In this document: positions 36,757 to 44,713 of the stretch, piece after piece
How the letters are laid out: the number at the start of each line of letters is the position of its first letter
Position numbering within the stretch: position 1 is the stretch's first letter
NCBI RefSeq assembly: GCF_016863475.1
Contig: NZ_BOOY01000009.1
Location: 1-64,000, forward strand
DNA from: Spirilliplanes yamanashiensis
GTDB taxonomy: Bacteria > Actinomycetota > Actinomycetes > Mycobacteriales > Micromonosporaceae
Reading direction: 5' to 3'
Length of the DNA stretch: 64,000 nt
Made by a program: the position numbers and the translations under genes
The notes under the pieces: model-generated
What the model was told of the DNA's origin: nothing
Database searches by the model: none
The model's input: the letters and a program-made list of their open reading frames with translations, nothing else

Positions 36757-37479
36757 ATGCACGCGGTCATCCTCGCCGGCGGCAAGGGGGTGCGGCTGCG
36801 GCCGTACACCACGTCCCTGCCCAAACCGCTGGTCCCGATCGGGGACCGGTACTCCATCCTCGAGATCATCATGCGGCAGCTGGCGGGCTGCGGCTTCCGC
36901 ACCGCCACCCTCGCCATCGGCCACCTCGGGCACCTCATCCGCGCGTACGTGGGCGACGGCTCCCAGTGGGGCCTGGAGCGGGTCGACTACCAGTCGGAGG
37001 ACTCGCCGCTCGGCACGATCGGGCCGCTGCTGGCCATGCGGGACAGGCTGCCGGAGACGTTCCTCGTGATGAACGGCGACGTGCTCACCGACCTCGACTA
37101 CGGCGACCTGCTCAAGCGGCACGTCGGCTCGGGCGCGGCGCTGACCGTGGCGACCTACCCGCGCCAGGTGAAGATCGACTTCGGGGTCCTCACCAGCAGC
37201 GGCGGGCGCATCGTCGACTTCGTCGAGAAGCCCACCATCGACTACCACGTCAGCATGGGCGTCTACGGGATGTCCGCGTCCGCCCTCGGTCACTACACGC
37301 CCGGCCTGCCGCTCGGCTTCGACGAGCTGGTCCTCGACCTGCTCGCCACCGGCTCCGGCCCGGACGAGTACCGCTTCGACGGCCGCTGGCTCGACATCGG
37401 CCGCCCCGACGACTACGACCGGGCGAACGCCGAGTTCGAGCTGCTCGGCCCCCTGCTGCTGCGGCAGCCGGCGCCGTGA
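36757..37479 (+). CDS. Sugar-phosphate nucleotidyltransferase (NDP-sugar pyrophosphorylase)
   Basis: ILAGGKGVRLRPYT..PKPLVPI is the canonical nucleotidyltransferase signature. Confidence 0.85.
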   Translation: MHAVILAGGKGVRLRPYTTSLPKPLVPIGDRYSILEIIMRQLAGCGFRTATLAIGHLGHLIRAYVGDGSQWGLERVDYQSEDSPLGTIGPLLAMRDRLPETFLVMNGDVLTDLDYGDLLKRHVGSGAALTVATYPRQVKIDFGVLTSSGGRIVDFVEKPTIDYHVSMGVYGMSASALGHYTPGLPLGFDELVLDLLATGSGPDEYRFDGRWLDIGRPDDYDRANAEFELLGPLLLRQPAP

Positions 37480-38345
37480 GGATCGTGCTGTTCGGCGGCG
37501 CCGGCTTCCTCGGCCGGCACGTCGCCGCGGCGCTGACCGGCCACGACGTGGTCGCGCCGGCGCGGTCCGCCGTCGACCTGACGGCCGGGCCGGAGGCGAT
37601 CGCGGGGCTGCTGCGCGGCGCGGACGCGATCGTCAACTGCGCCGGTGTCACGACGGGCCCGGCGGCGGGGCTGGCCGCCGGGAACGTCGTGGCCGTGGCG
37701 CACCTGCTCACCGCGTGGGAACGCGCCGAGCCGGGCGCCCGGCTCGTCCACCTGGGCTCGGCCGCCGAGTACGGCGCGGCCGCGCCGGGCCGCCCGGTGG
37801 CCGAGACCGACGAGCCGGAACCCGTCTCCGCGTACGGGCACAGCAAGCTCGCCGGCACCGCCCTGGTGGCGGCGGCGCACCGGCGCGGCCTGCCCGCGAC
37901 CGTGCTGCGGGTGTTCAACCCGCTCGGCCCGGGCACCCCGGCGGCGCTGCTGCCCGGGCGGCTCGTGGCCGGCCTGCGGGCCGCCGCGGACGGCGGCCCG
38001 CCCGCGACGACGGGCCCGCTGGACGGCCACCGCGACTTCGTGGACGCCCGCGACGTCGCGGCGGCCGTGCGCACCGCCGCGACCGCCCGCGCCCCGCTGC
38101 CCGCCCTGCTCAACGTGGGCAGCGGCCGCGCCACCGCCCTGCGCGACCTGGCCGGGCTGGCGGCGGCGCTGGCCGAGCAGCCCCCGCCCGCCGAGCTGGG
38201 CGGCGGGTCGGCCCGGTCGGCGGCCGTGACGTGGCAGCAGGCCGACCTGGCCCGGGTCACGGCGGCGCTGGGCTGGCGCCCCCGCGTGCCGCTGGCGCAG
38301 TCGCTGCGCGACATGGGCCTCGGCGTCCGGGCCGCGGTGCCGTGA
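37476..38345 (+). CDS. NAD(P)-dependent epimerase/reductase (SDR, RmlD-like size)
   Basis: VLFGGAGFLGRHV and SAYGHSKLAG (YxxxK) are present. The gene is 289 aa and overlaps the upstream stop by 4 nt. Confidence 0.7.
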   Translation: MRIVLFGGAGFLGRHVAAALTGHDVVAPARSAVDLTAGPEAIAGLLRGADAIVNCAGVTTGPAAGLAAGNVVAVAHLLTAWERAEPGARLVHLGSAAEYGAAAPGRPVAETDEPEPVSAYGHSKLAGTALVAAAHRRGLPATVLRVFNPLGPGTPAALLPGRLVAGLRAAADGGPPATTGPLDGHRDFVDARDVAAAVRTAATARAPLPALLNVGSGRATALRDLAGLAAALAEQPPPAELGGGSARSAAVTWQQADLARVTAALGWRPRVPLAQSLRDMGLGVRAAVP

Positions 38346-38998
38346 CCGGCGGCGTGACCGGCGGTGTGGTGGTGCCCGCCTACTTCCACCCGGCCGTGGC
38401 CGCCGGGGCGTGGCGGGCGCTGGCCGCGGCGGGCGACGCCGTGCGCGCGGTCGTGTTCAACGTGGACAGCGGGCCCGGCGCCGCCCCCGAGCGGGAACTG
38501 CTCGCCGTGGCGGCCCGGCTGCGGGTGCCCGTGCTCGGCTACGTCGACGCCGGCTACGGCGCCCGGCCCGCCGCCGACGTCGTCGCGGACCTCGCCCGGC
38601 ACCGCGCCTGGTACCCGGTCACCGGCGTCTTCCTCGACCGGGTGCCCGCCGGCCCCGCCCACCTGTCGCACTGCGCCGCGCTCGCCGCCGCCGCCCGCCG
38701 GCACGGCCTGCCCCAGGTCGTCTTCAACCACGGCGTCCACCCGCACCACGGCTACGCGGCCCTCGCCGACGCCCTCGTCACCTTCGAGGGCCCGGCCACC
38801 GCGCACCGCGACGTCGCCGCCCCCCGCTGGGTCCGCGACCACCCGGCCGCGATGTTCTGGCACCTCGTCCACGACTGCCCGCCGGACGAGGCCGCCGCCG
38901 TGCGCACCCGCGCCGCGGCCCACCACGCGGGCATGGTCTACGCCACCGACCGGCGGGGGGTGAACCCGTGGGACGGGCTGCCCTCGTGGCCGCTGTGA
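38342..38998 (+). CDS. Spherulin-4 family protein (GH135 / Sph3-like putative glycoside hydrolase)
   Basis: VVVPAYFHPAVAAGAW...VVFNVDSGPG...LGYVDAGYGARP...GVFLDR match the family-defining motifs of spherulation-specific family 4. Confidence 0.6.
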   Translation: MTGGVTGGVVVPAYFHPAVAAGAWRALAAAGDAVRAVVFNVDSGPGAAPERELLAVAARLRVPVLGYVDAGYGARPAADVVADLARHRAWYPVTGVFLDRVPAGPAHLSHCAALAAAARRHGLPQVVFNHGVHPHHGYAALADALVTFEGPATAHRDVAAPRWVRDHPAAMFWHLVHDCPPDEAAAVRTRAAAHHAGMVYATDRRGVNPWDGLPSWPL

Positions 38999-39753
38999 CC
39001 CTCGCCCTCGGCGGCTGCCAGCCCCCGCCCGCGCCCCCGCCGCCACCCGCGGGCCGCTGGGCTCCGGCCCCCGGCACCACCTGGCAGTGGCAGCTCACCG
39101 GCGCCGTCGACGTCACCGTCGACGCCGCCGTGTTCGACGTCGACGGCTTCACCACGCCCGCCGCCACCGTCCGCGAGCTGCACGCCCGCGGCCGCAAGGT
39201 CATCTGCTACATCTCCGTCGGCTCCGCCGAGGACTTCCGCCCCGACGCCCACCGCTGGCCCCCCGCCGTGCTCGGCAGACCCCTGCCCGGCTGGCCCGGC
39301 GAACGCTGGCTCGACATCCGCGACCCCGAACGGCTCGCCCCGGTCCTGCGCCCCCGCCTCGACATGTGCCGCGACAAGGGCTTCGACGGCGTCGAGCCGG
39401 ACATCATGGACGCCTACCGCCACGACACCGGCTTCCCTCTCACCGCCGCCCACCAGCTCGCCTTCAACCGCTGGATCGCCCGCGAGGCCCACGCCCGCGG
39501 CCTGGCCGCCGGCCTGAAGAACGACCTCGACCAGGTGCCCGCCCTGGTCGCCGACTTCGACTTCGCGGTCAACGAGGAGTGCGCCGCCTACGCCGAGTGC
39601 GCCGCCCTGACCCCGTTCGTGGCCGCCGGCAAGGCCGTCTTCCACGCCGAGTACGACCTCGACCCGGCCGCCTACTGCCCGGCGACGACCCGGCTGGGGC
39701 TCAGCTCGATCCGCAAGGACCGTGACCTGGGCCCCCGGCTGCGGCGCTGCTGA
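38968..39753 (+). CDS. GH114 family endo-alpha-1,4-polygalactosaminidase-like lipoprotein (PelA-hydrolase / Ega3-like)
   Basis: A lipobox-like LALGGC precedes RKVICYISVGSAEDFRPD and FDGVEPDIMD (GH114 catalytic region pattern). Confidence 0.75.
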   Translation: MGRAALVAAVTLALGGCQPPPAPPPPPAGRWAPAPGTTWQWQLTGAVDVTVDAAVFDVDGFTTPAATVRELHARGRKVICYISVGSAEDFRPDAHRWPPAVLGRPLPGWPGERWLDIRDPERLAPVLRPRLDMCRDKGFDGVEPDIMDAYRHDTGFPLTAAHQLAFNRWIAREAHARGLAAGLKNDLDQVPALVADFDFAVNEECAAYAECAALTPFVAAGKAVFHAEYDLDPAAYCPATTRLGLSSIRKDRDLGPRLRRC

Positions 39754-39780
39754 CCCGCCCGCCCGCGGTCGCCTAGTACG

Positions 39781-40686
39781 GTGCTGACCGTGGAATACGT
39801 TCCCTTCGACCAGCGCACGCCCGACCCGCAGTACCACTCCCTGCTCGCGCGGGTGCTGTCCGACGGGGAGGAGGTGCCCACCCGGCAGGGTCCGGCCGCG
39901 TACACGCTCATGCAGCAGGCGATGCGGTTCGACCTGGCCAACGGGTTCCCCGTGATCACGAACCGCAGCATCCGGTCGTTCTGGCGCAAGCCGATCGGGG
40001 AGCTGTGCGCGTTCATCAACGGGGCCACCACGCTCGCCGAGCTGGAGAAGTTCGGCTGCGACTGGTGGGGGGCCTGGGCGACCGAGGCGAAGACGAGCAA
40101 GCGCGGCTTGCCGCCCGGCGACATCGGGCCCGGCTCGTACGGTGGGGCGTTCCACGACTTCCCGACGAGCGAGGGGCCGGGCTTCGACCAGTTCGCGCAC
40201 CTCGTGGAGCAGATCCGGGAGCTGCCGGGCGACCGGACGCACTTCGTGTCGCCGTGGATCCCGCAGTACCAGGTGCGCGGCGCGGGCAAGACGCCGCGGA
40301 CGACGATCGCGCCGTGTCACGGGTGGGTGCACGTGCGGGTCATCCGGGGGCGGCTGCACCTGCACATGTTCCAGCGCTCCGGTGACCTGCCGGTCGGCGT
40401 GCCGTCCAACATGATCCAGTACGCGGCGCTGCTGCTGATGCTCGAGCACCTGACCGGCTACCCGGCGGCGACGTATTACCACACGATCTCCGACGCCCAC
40501 ATCTACGCCGACCAGGCCGACGCGGTGCGTGAGCTGCTGACCCGGCCCGCGCTGCGGCTGCCCACCGTGCACCTGAACGACGCGGGGCGGGCGGTGACGG
40601 ACATCCACGACTTCCGCGCCGAGCACTTCGATCTCAGCGACTACGAGCCGCACCCGTCGATGCCGCGGATCCCGGTGGCGCCGTGA
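39781..40686 (+). CDS. thyA: Thymidylate synthase (ThyA family, divergent with ~30-aa insertion)
   Basis: RFDLANGFPVITNR, IAPCHGWVHV, MFQRSGDLPVGVPSN (Asn of PFN retained) and HFDLSDYEPHPSMPRIPVA are all present. Confidence 0.85.
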   Translation: MLTVEYVPFDQRTPDPQYHSLLARVLSDGEEVPTRQGPAAYTLMQQAMRFDLANGFPVITNRSIRSFWRKPIGELCAFINGATTLAELEKFGCDWWGAWATEAKTSKRGLPPGDIGPGSYGGAFHDFPTSEGPGFDQFAHLVEQIRELPGDRTHFVSPWIPQYQVRGAGKTPRTTIAPCHGWVHVRVIRGRLHLHMFQRSGDLPVGVPSNMIQYAALLLMLEHLTGYPAATYYHTISDAHIYADQADAVRELLTRPALRLPTVHLNDAGRAVTDIHDFRAEHFDLSDYEPHPSMPRIPVAP

Positions 40687-41210
40687 GCTGGGAGAACGTG
40701 TCGACGTCGCTGATCGTGGCGGCGGACGAGGTGGACCTGATCGGGCGGTCCGACGGCAGCCTGCCGTGGCACCTGCCGTCGGACATGCGGCACTTCCAGC
40801 AGCTCACGAACGGGCACGTGGTGGTCGCGGGGCGGCTCACCCACGACTCGATCATGGCGAAGCTGGGGCGGCCGCTGCCGGGCCGGTTCACGGTGGTGGT
40901 CACCCGGCGGACGGGGCTGCCGCCGGTACCGGGGGTGACGTACCAGCCGGACATCGCGTCGGCGATGACGACGGCGCGCGGCATCGAGGGGTTCGCCGGC
41001 CGGCGTCAGCTGTTCGTCATCGGCGGGGCGCAGGTGTACGCACAGGCGCTGCCGTTCGTCGACCGGGTGTTCCTGACCCGGGTGCACACCCACGCCCACG
41101 GCGACGTGCACATGCCGGAGGGCTGGCTGGACGCGTTCCGGCTGGTCAAGGCGGAGAAGAGCGACGCCGACCAGATCGCCGTCACCTACTCGGAGTACGT
41201 CCGGTCCTGA
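40683..41210 (+). CDS. folA: Dihydrofolate reductase
   Basis: LIVAADEVDLIGRSDGSLPWHLPSDMRHFQQLT and VVAGRLTHDS match the DHFR pattern. The gene overlaps the thyA stop by 4 nt. Confidence 0.85.
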   Translation: MSWENVSTSLIVAADEVDLIGRSDGSLPWHLPSDMRHFQQLTNGHVVVAGRLTHDSIMAKLGRPLPGRFTVVVTRRTGLPPVPGVTYQPDIASAMTTARGIEGFAGRRQLFVIGGAQVYAQALPFVDRVFLTRVHTHAHGDVHMPEGWLDAFRLVKAEKSDADQIAVTYSEYVRS

Positions 41211-41641
41211 TGTCCTTCTACCACCTGGAGAACTCGCGCAGCGAGGAGCAGACCGCGGAGATGCGGCGGCTCGACGCGGCGGGGGTGTGCCTGTTCTGCC
41301 CCGGGCACCTGGAGGCGAACCAGGAGGTCCTGCACCGGGCGGCGCACTGGGCGGTCACGCCGAACCGGTTCCCGTACCCGAACGCGGCGCGGCACCTGCT
41401 GCTGGTGCCGGACGCGCACGTGACGGGCATGACGCAGCTCGCGCCCGCGGCCCGGCTCGGCTTCTTCACCGCCCTGGAGTGGGTGGAGGCGCAGTTCGGC
41501 CTGGTGCACTACGGCGTCGGGGTGCGCAACGGCGACTCGCCGCTGACCGGTTCGACCATCCGGCACCTGCACGTGCACGTGATCGTGGGCGACCTGGGCG
41601 GCGAACCGGTGCGGTTCAGGATGAGCCGGCCACCCAGATGA
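41210..41641 (+). CDS. HIT-superfamily nucleotide hydrolase/transferase
   Basis: A CLFCPGH Zn-like motif and the histidine triad HLHVHVI are present. The ATG overlaps the folA stop (ATGA). Confidence 0.6.
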   Translation: MSFYHLENSRSEEQTAEMRRLDAAGVCLFCPGHLEANQEVLHRAAHWAVTPNRFPYPNAARHLLLVPDAHVTGMTQLAPAARLGFFTALEWVEAQFGLVHYGVGVRNGDSPLTGSTIRHLHVHVIVGDLGGEPVRFRMSRPPR

Positions 41642-42443
41642 GTTCGACGCCGGCCTCGCGCAGCACGCGGTCGCCGTCGAGCATCGCGTACGGCCCGGCG
41701 ACGTAGCAGCGCCGGAACCCGGCGGCGGCCACCAGCCGGGCGCAGGCCGGGCACGGGAACGTCGTCACGTACAGGTCGGCGCCGGCCAGGCTGCGGCCCT
41801 CGCGGGCGGCGTCGGCGACGATGCCGGCCTCGGCGTGCAGGGCGGTGGACAGGTCCCAGCGCAGGCCGCGGCTGTACTCGTTGCGCGGGTCGCCGTCGGC
41901 GTACGGGGCGTACTCGGTGGGCTGGTGGGTGTTGTGGGCGACCGCGATGACCTCGCCGTCGCGGGCGGCGACGGCGCCGACCTGCCGCCACCAGTCGGAG
42001 CTGCGCGCCGCCTCGGCGGTGGCGCGGCCCATGAGCAGGCGGGACAGGTCGTCGGCGGCGACCTCGCCGTCGAAGCCGGCGGGGCGGGCGGCCTGCGCCC
42101 AGGCGCGGTCCCAGCGCAGGAACGTGGGCTCGTACACGGCGGTGAGCCCGTACCGCTGGACGACCCGGCGCATGAGGTCTTCGTCGGGGACGATGAGGGT
42201 CTGCGCGGTGACCGCCGCGGGCAGGTCGCCGCGCTCGACGACGCGGGCCTTCGCGCGGCCGGCGGCGACGAGGTAGTGCGCGGCCCGCTCGGGGTCGAGG
42301 GCGCGGATCTCCTTGGTGAGCGCCTTCTCCTCGGCGGCGAAGCTGCGCCCGAGCAGCAGCACCTCGGCGCCCGGGTGCCGGTCGAACAGCGCCTCGTAGC
42401 CGGCGTGCAGCACCGGAAGGTACAGCAGGAGCTGCTCAGTCAC
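41616..42443 (-). CDS. Two-domain protein with C-terminal CMP/dCMP-type cytidine-deaminase zinc-binding domain
   Basis: HAEAGIVADAARE and PCPACARLV carry the H(A)E and PCxxC zinc ligands. An N-terminal ~110 aa is of unknown function. Confidence 0.7.
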   Translation of the reverse strand: MTEQLLLYLPVLHAGYEALFDRHPGAEVLLLGRSFAAEEKALTKEIRALDPERAAHYLVAAGRAKARVVERGDLPAAVTAQTLIVPDEDLMRRVVQRYGLTAVYEPTFLRWDRAWAQAARPAGFDGEVAADDLSRLLMGRATAEAARSSDWWRQVGAVAARDGEVIAVAHNTHQPTEYAPYADGDPRNEYSRGLRWDLSTALHAEAGIVADAAREGRSLAGADLYVTTFPCPACARLVAAAGFRRCYVAGPYAMLDGDRVLREAGVELIWVAGSS

Positions 42444-43059
42444 CCCGGCGCTCGGCCTTTTCCGCGGCCTGCCGCAGCTGCATCGTGCGCAGCCGGTTCG
42501 ACGTGCTGATCGTCGCCATCCGGTCGAGCACCTCGACGCGCCCGCACCAGTCCTTCTCCAGCTCGGCGATCTCGACCTGGGTGTACGTCTCGGCGGTCGC
42601 CACGAGCACGTCGGGGCGCACCGCCTTGATGAGCGACCAGCGGGGCTCGTCGGCGGGCTTGACGGTGACCAGGCCGACGCCGCGCTGGTGGGTGACCATG
42701 CGCAGCCGCTCCAGCTCGGGCACGGCCGGGCGGGACGGGCCCTTGCGGCGGCGCACCTTCTCGTCGGAGTCGACGCCGACGATGAGGAAGTCGGCGAACT
42801 GGCGGGCCGCCTCCAGGTACATGGAGTGGCCCTCGTGCAGGATGTCGAACGTGCCGCTGGTGAGGACGATCCGCAGGCCCAGCGTGCGCAGGGCGGCGAC
42901 GATCTCGGAGATCCGCCCGTAGTCGCGGATGAAGCGCAGTTCGAAGTTCGACGCGTCGGCGAACAGCCCGCTGCTGGTCAGCATGGGCCGCGTCGTGGAC
43001 CAGTCGGCGGGTGTCATCGCGGCTCCCGCCTGCCGCGCGATCGCGGTCTCAACCACCAC
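42436..43059 (-). CDS. Cytidylyltransferase-like nucleotidyltransferase (HxGH class; TagD/RfaE-domain-II-like)
   Basis: TSGTFDILHEGH (HxGH) and a C-terminal ISTSNRL (ISxTxIR-like) are present. The gene overlaps the downstream deaminase gene by 8 nt. Confidence 0.7.
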   Translation of the reverse strand: MVVETAIARQAGAAMTPADWSTTRPMLTSSGLFADASNFELRFIRDYGRISEIVAALRTLGLRIVLTSGTFDILHEGHSMYLEAARQFADFLIVGVDSDEKVRRRKGPSRPAVPELERLRMVTHQRGVGLVTVKPADEPRWSLIKAVRPDVLVATAETYTQVEIAELEKDWCGRVEVLDRMATISTSNRLRTMQLRQAAEKAERRGD

Positions 43060-43143
43060 GGCGTCGTCTCCCTCACGGCTCGGACCCTAACTCTGACGCA
43101 ACGCGCCGGCCCCATCGTAGTGACGCGGATATCGTGGCAGCCC

Positions 43144-43944
43144 ATGGAGGCAGCCGAGGTCCTCGACCTGGTCCGCGCGCACCTTCCGGCGGCGCCGGCG
43201 GCGTCGGCGCGGCGCCTGGGCGCCGGCCTGGACCACACGGCGTGGCTGGTCGACGACGACCTGGTGGTCCGCTGCCCGACGCCGGCCGCCGAGGCGCGGC
43301 TGCTCGCGGCCGTCGCCGCGGTGAGCCCGCTGCCGGTGCCGGAGGTGGTGTTCGCCGCGGGCGGCTGCCTGGCCTACCGCCGGCTGCCCGGCGTCCCGCT
43401 GCTGCACGCCCCGGCCCCGGCCGACGGCGGCGCGGCGGTCGGCGCGGCCGTGGCGGGCCTGGCGGCGGCGCTGCGGGCGGCGACCCCGGACCTGGCCGGG
43501 CTGGTCCCGGCCGACGACACCCCGCCCGCGGAGTGGCTGGCGGAGGCGCGGGCGGCGTGGCCGCGGCTGCGGGCGGCGGTCCCGGCGCGCTTCCACGGCG
43601 CGGTGGACGCGTTCCTGGCGGCGCCGCCGCCCGGACCGGCGCGTGAGCTGGTGTTCGCCCACAACGACCTGGGGATCGAGCACATCCTGGTGGACGCGGA
43701 CGGCCGGATCACGGGCATCCTCGACTGGTCGGACGCGGCGCTGGCCGACCCGGCCCGGGACGTGGCGCTGGTGTACCGGGACCTGGGCCCGCGCGCCCTG
43801 GTCGCCGCGGACCCGGCGGTGCGGGACCGGGCGGTGTTCCACGCCCGCTGCGGCACGCTGGAGGACCTGGCGTTCGGCCTCGACCAGCCGGCGCCGGCGT
43901 ACGCGGCGAAGGCGCTGCGGTCGCTCGGGTGGCTGTTCGTCTGA
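43144..43944 (+). CDS. Phosphotransferase (APH/choline-kinase-like kinase fold)
   Basis: HNDLGIEHILVD...ITGILDWSDAALADPARD resembles the Brenner and DFG-like motifs of APH-family kinases. Confidence 0.6.
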   Translation: MEAAEVLDLVRAHLPAAPAASARRLGAGLDHTAWLVDDDLVVRCPTPAAEARLLAAVAAVSPLPVPEVVFAAGGCLAYRRLPGVPLLHAPAPADGGAAVGAAVAGLAAALRAATPDLAGLVPADDTPPAEWLAEARAAWPRLRAAVPARFHGAVDAFLAAPPPGPARELVFAHNDLGIEHILVDADGRITGILDWSDAALADPARDVALVYRDLGPRALVAADPAVRDRAVFHARCGTLEDLAFGLDQPAPAYAAKALRSLGWLFV

Positions 43945-43995
43945 CGTTTCGGAGGGGTGGGCGGCCCGTCCTATCAGGACGATAGGGTGGCGGCC

Positions 43996-44499
43996 ATGAT
44001 CGAAGCGTCATCGGGGCATCGCCGTGAGTATTCGGCAACGAGGGCGCTGCACCGCCGCCCGCCGGAGCGCCCGAACCAGGCGGCCATGGCCCAGGTGCAG
44101 CGCACCGCGGCCGCGGTGGCCGACGAGCCCGCCGCCCTGGCCGAGCGGTTCTACCACCACCTGTTCCAGCTGGCCCCGGGGGTGCGCGACATGTTCCCGG
44201 CGGACATGACGGCGCAGAACGACCGGCTGGCCGGCGCACTGTTCGACGCGGTGCGGGCCCTGGTCGACGACCCGGAGCGCCGCGCCCCGCGCATGGAGGC
44301 GCACCTGCACCGGCTGGGCGCCGACCACGCCCACCGGTACGCGGTGCGGCCGGAGCACTACCCGTTCGTGGGGCACGCGCTGGTGCGCGCGGTGCAGGAC
44401 GTGTCCGGCGACTGGTCGGCGTCGACCAGCTCGGCCTGGCTGTGGGTGTACGAGTGGATGAGCAGCCACATGATGAGCGCCGCGCACGACGTCCGATAA
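43996..44499 (+). CDS. Single-domain globin (Hmp N-terminal-like)
   Basis: FYHHLFQLAPGVRDMF and the later HA..HxxxxV helices resemble bacterial globins. The start is uncertain. Confidence 0.5.
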   Translation: MIEASSGHRREYSATRALHRRPPERPNQAAMAQVQRTAAAVADEPAALAERFYHHLFQLAPGVRDMFPADMTAQNDRLAGALFDAVRALVDDPERRAPRMEAHLHRLGADHAHRYAVRPEHYPFVGHALVRAVQDVSGDWSASTSSAWLWVYEWMSSHMMSAAHDVR

Positions 44500-44713
44500 G
44501 GACGTTTATGAACATAAGGGACGAATGCCGCGCAAGATCGTTCCGCGGCGCGGGTACGCCGACCGGGCGCGCGGGTCCTCTGTGCACCCGTCCACACCCG
44601 ACGGATGATCATGCGCGCGAGTCACGATCGACCGCCCTCGAATGAGTGAGCGGTTTCGTGGCGAACTGGCTACCGAGAGGTAACCTTTAACCCGATCCGG
44701 GGTTGAGGGGGCC

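Noticed and set aside
35431-39046. 620-aa and 598-aa minus-strand ORFs across the epimerase/nucleotidyltransferase/spherulin-like genes
   Set aside because: They are antisense to a run of plus-strand genes that carry strong family motifs, and their composition is junk.
38938-40653. 571-aa minus-strand ORF across GH114 and thyA
   Set aside because: It is antisense to two motif-supported genes, and the translation is Arg/Gly/Val-rich.
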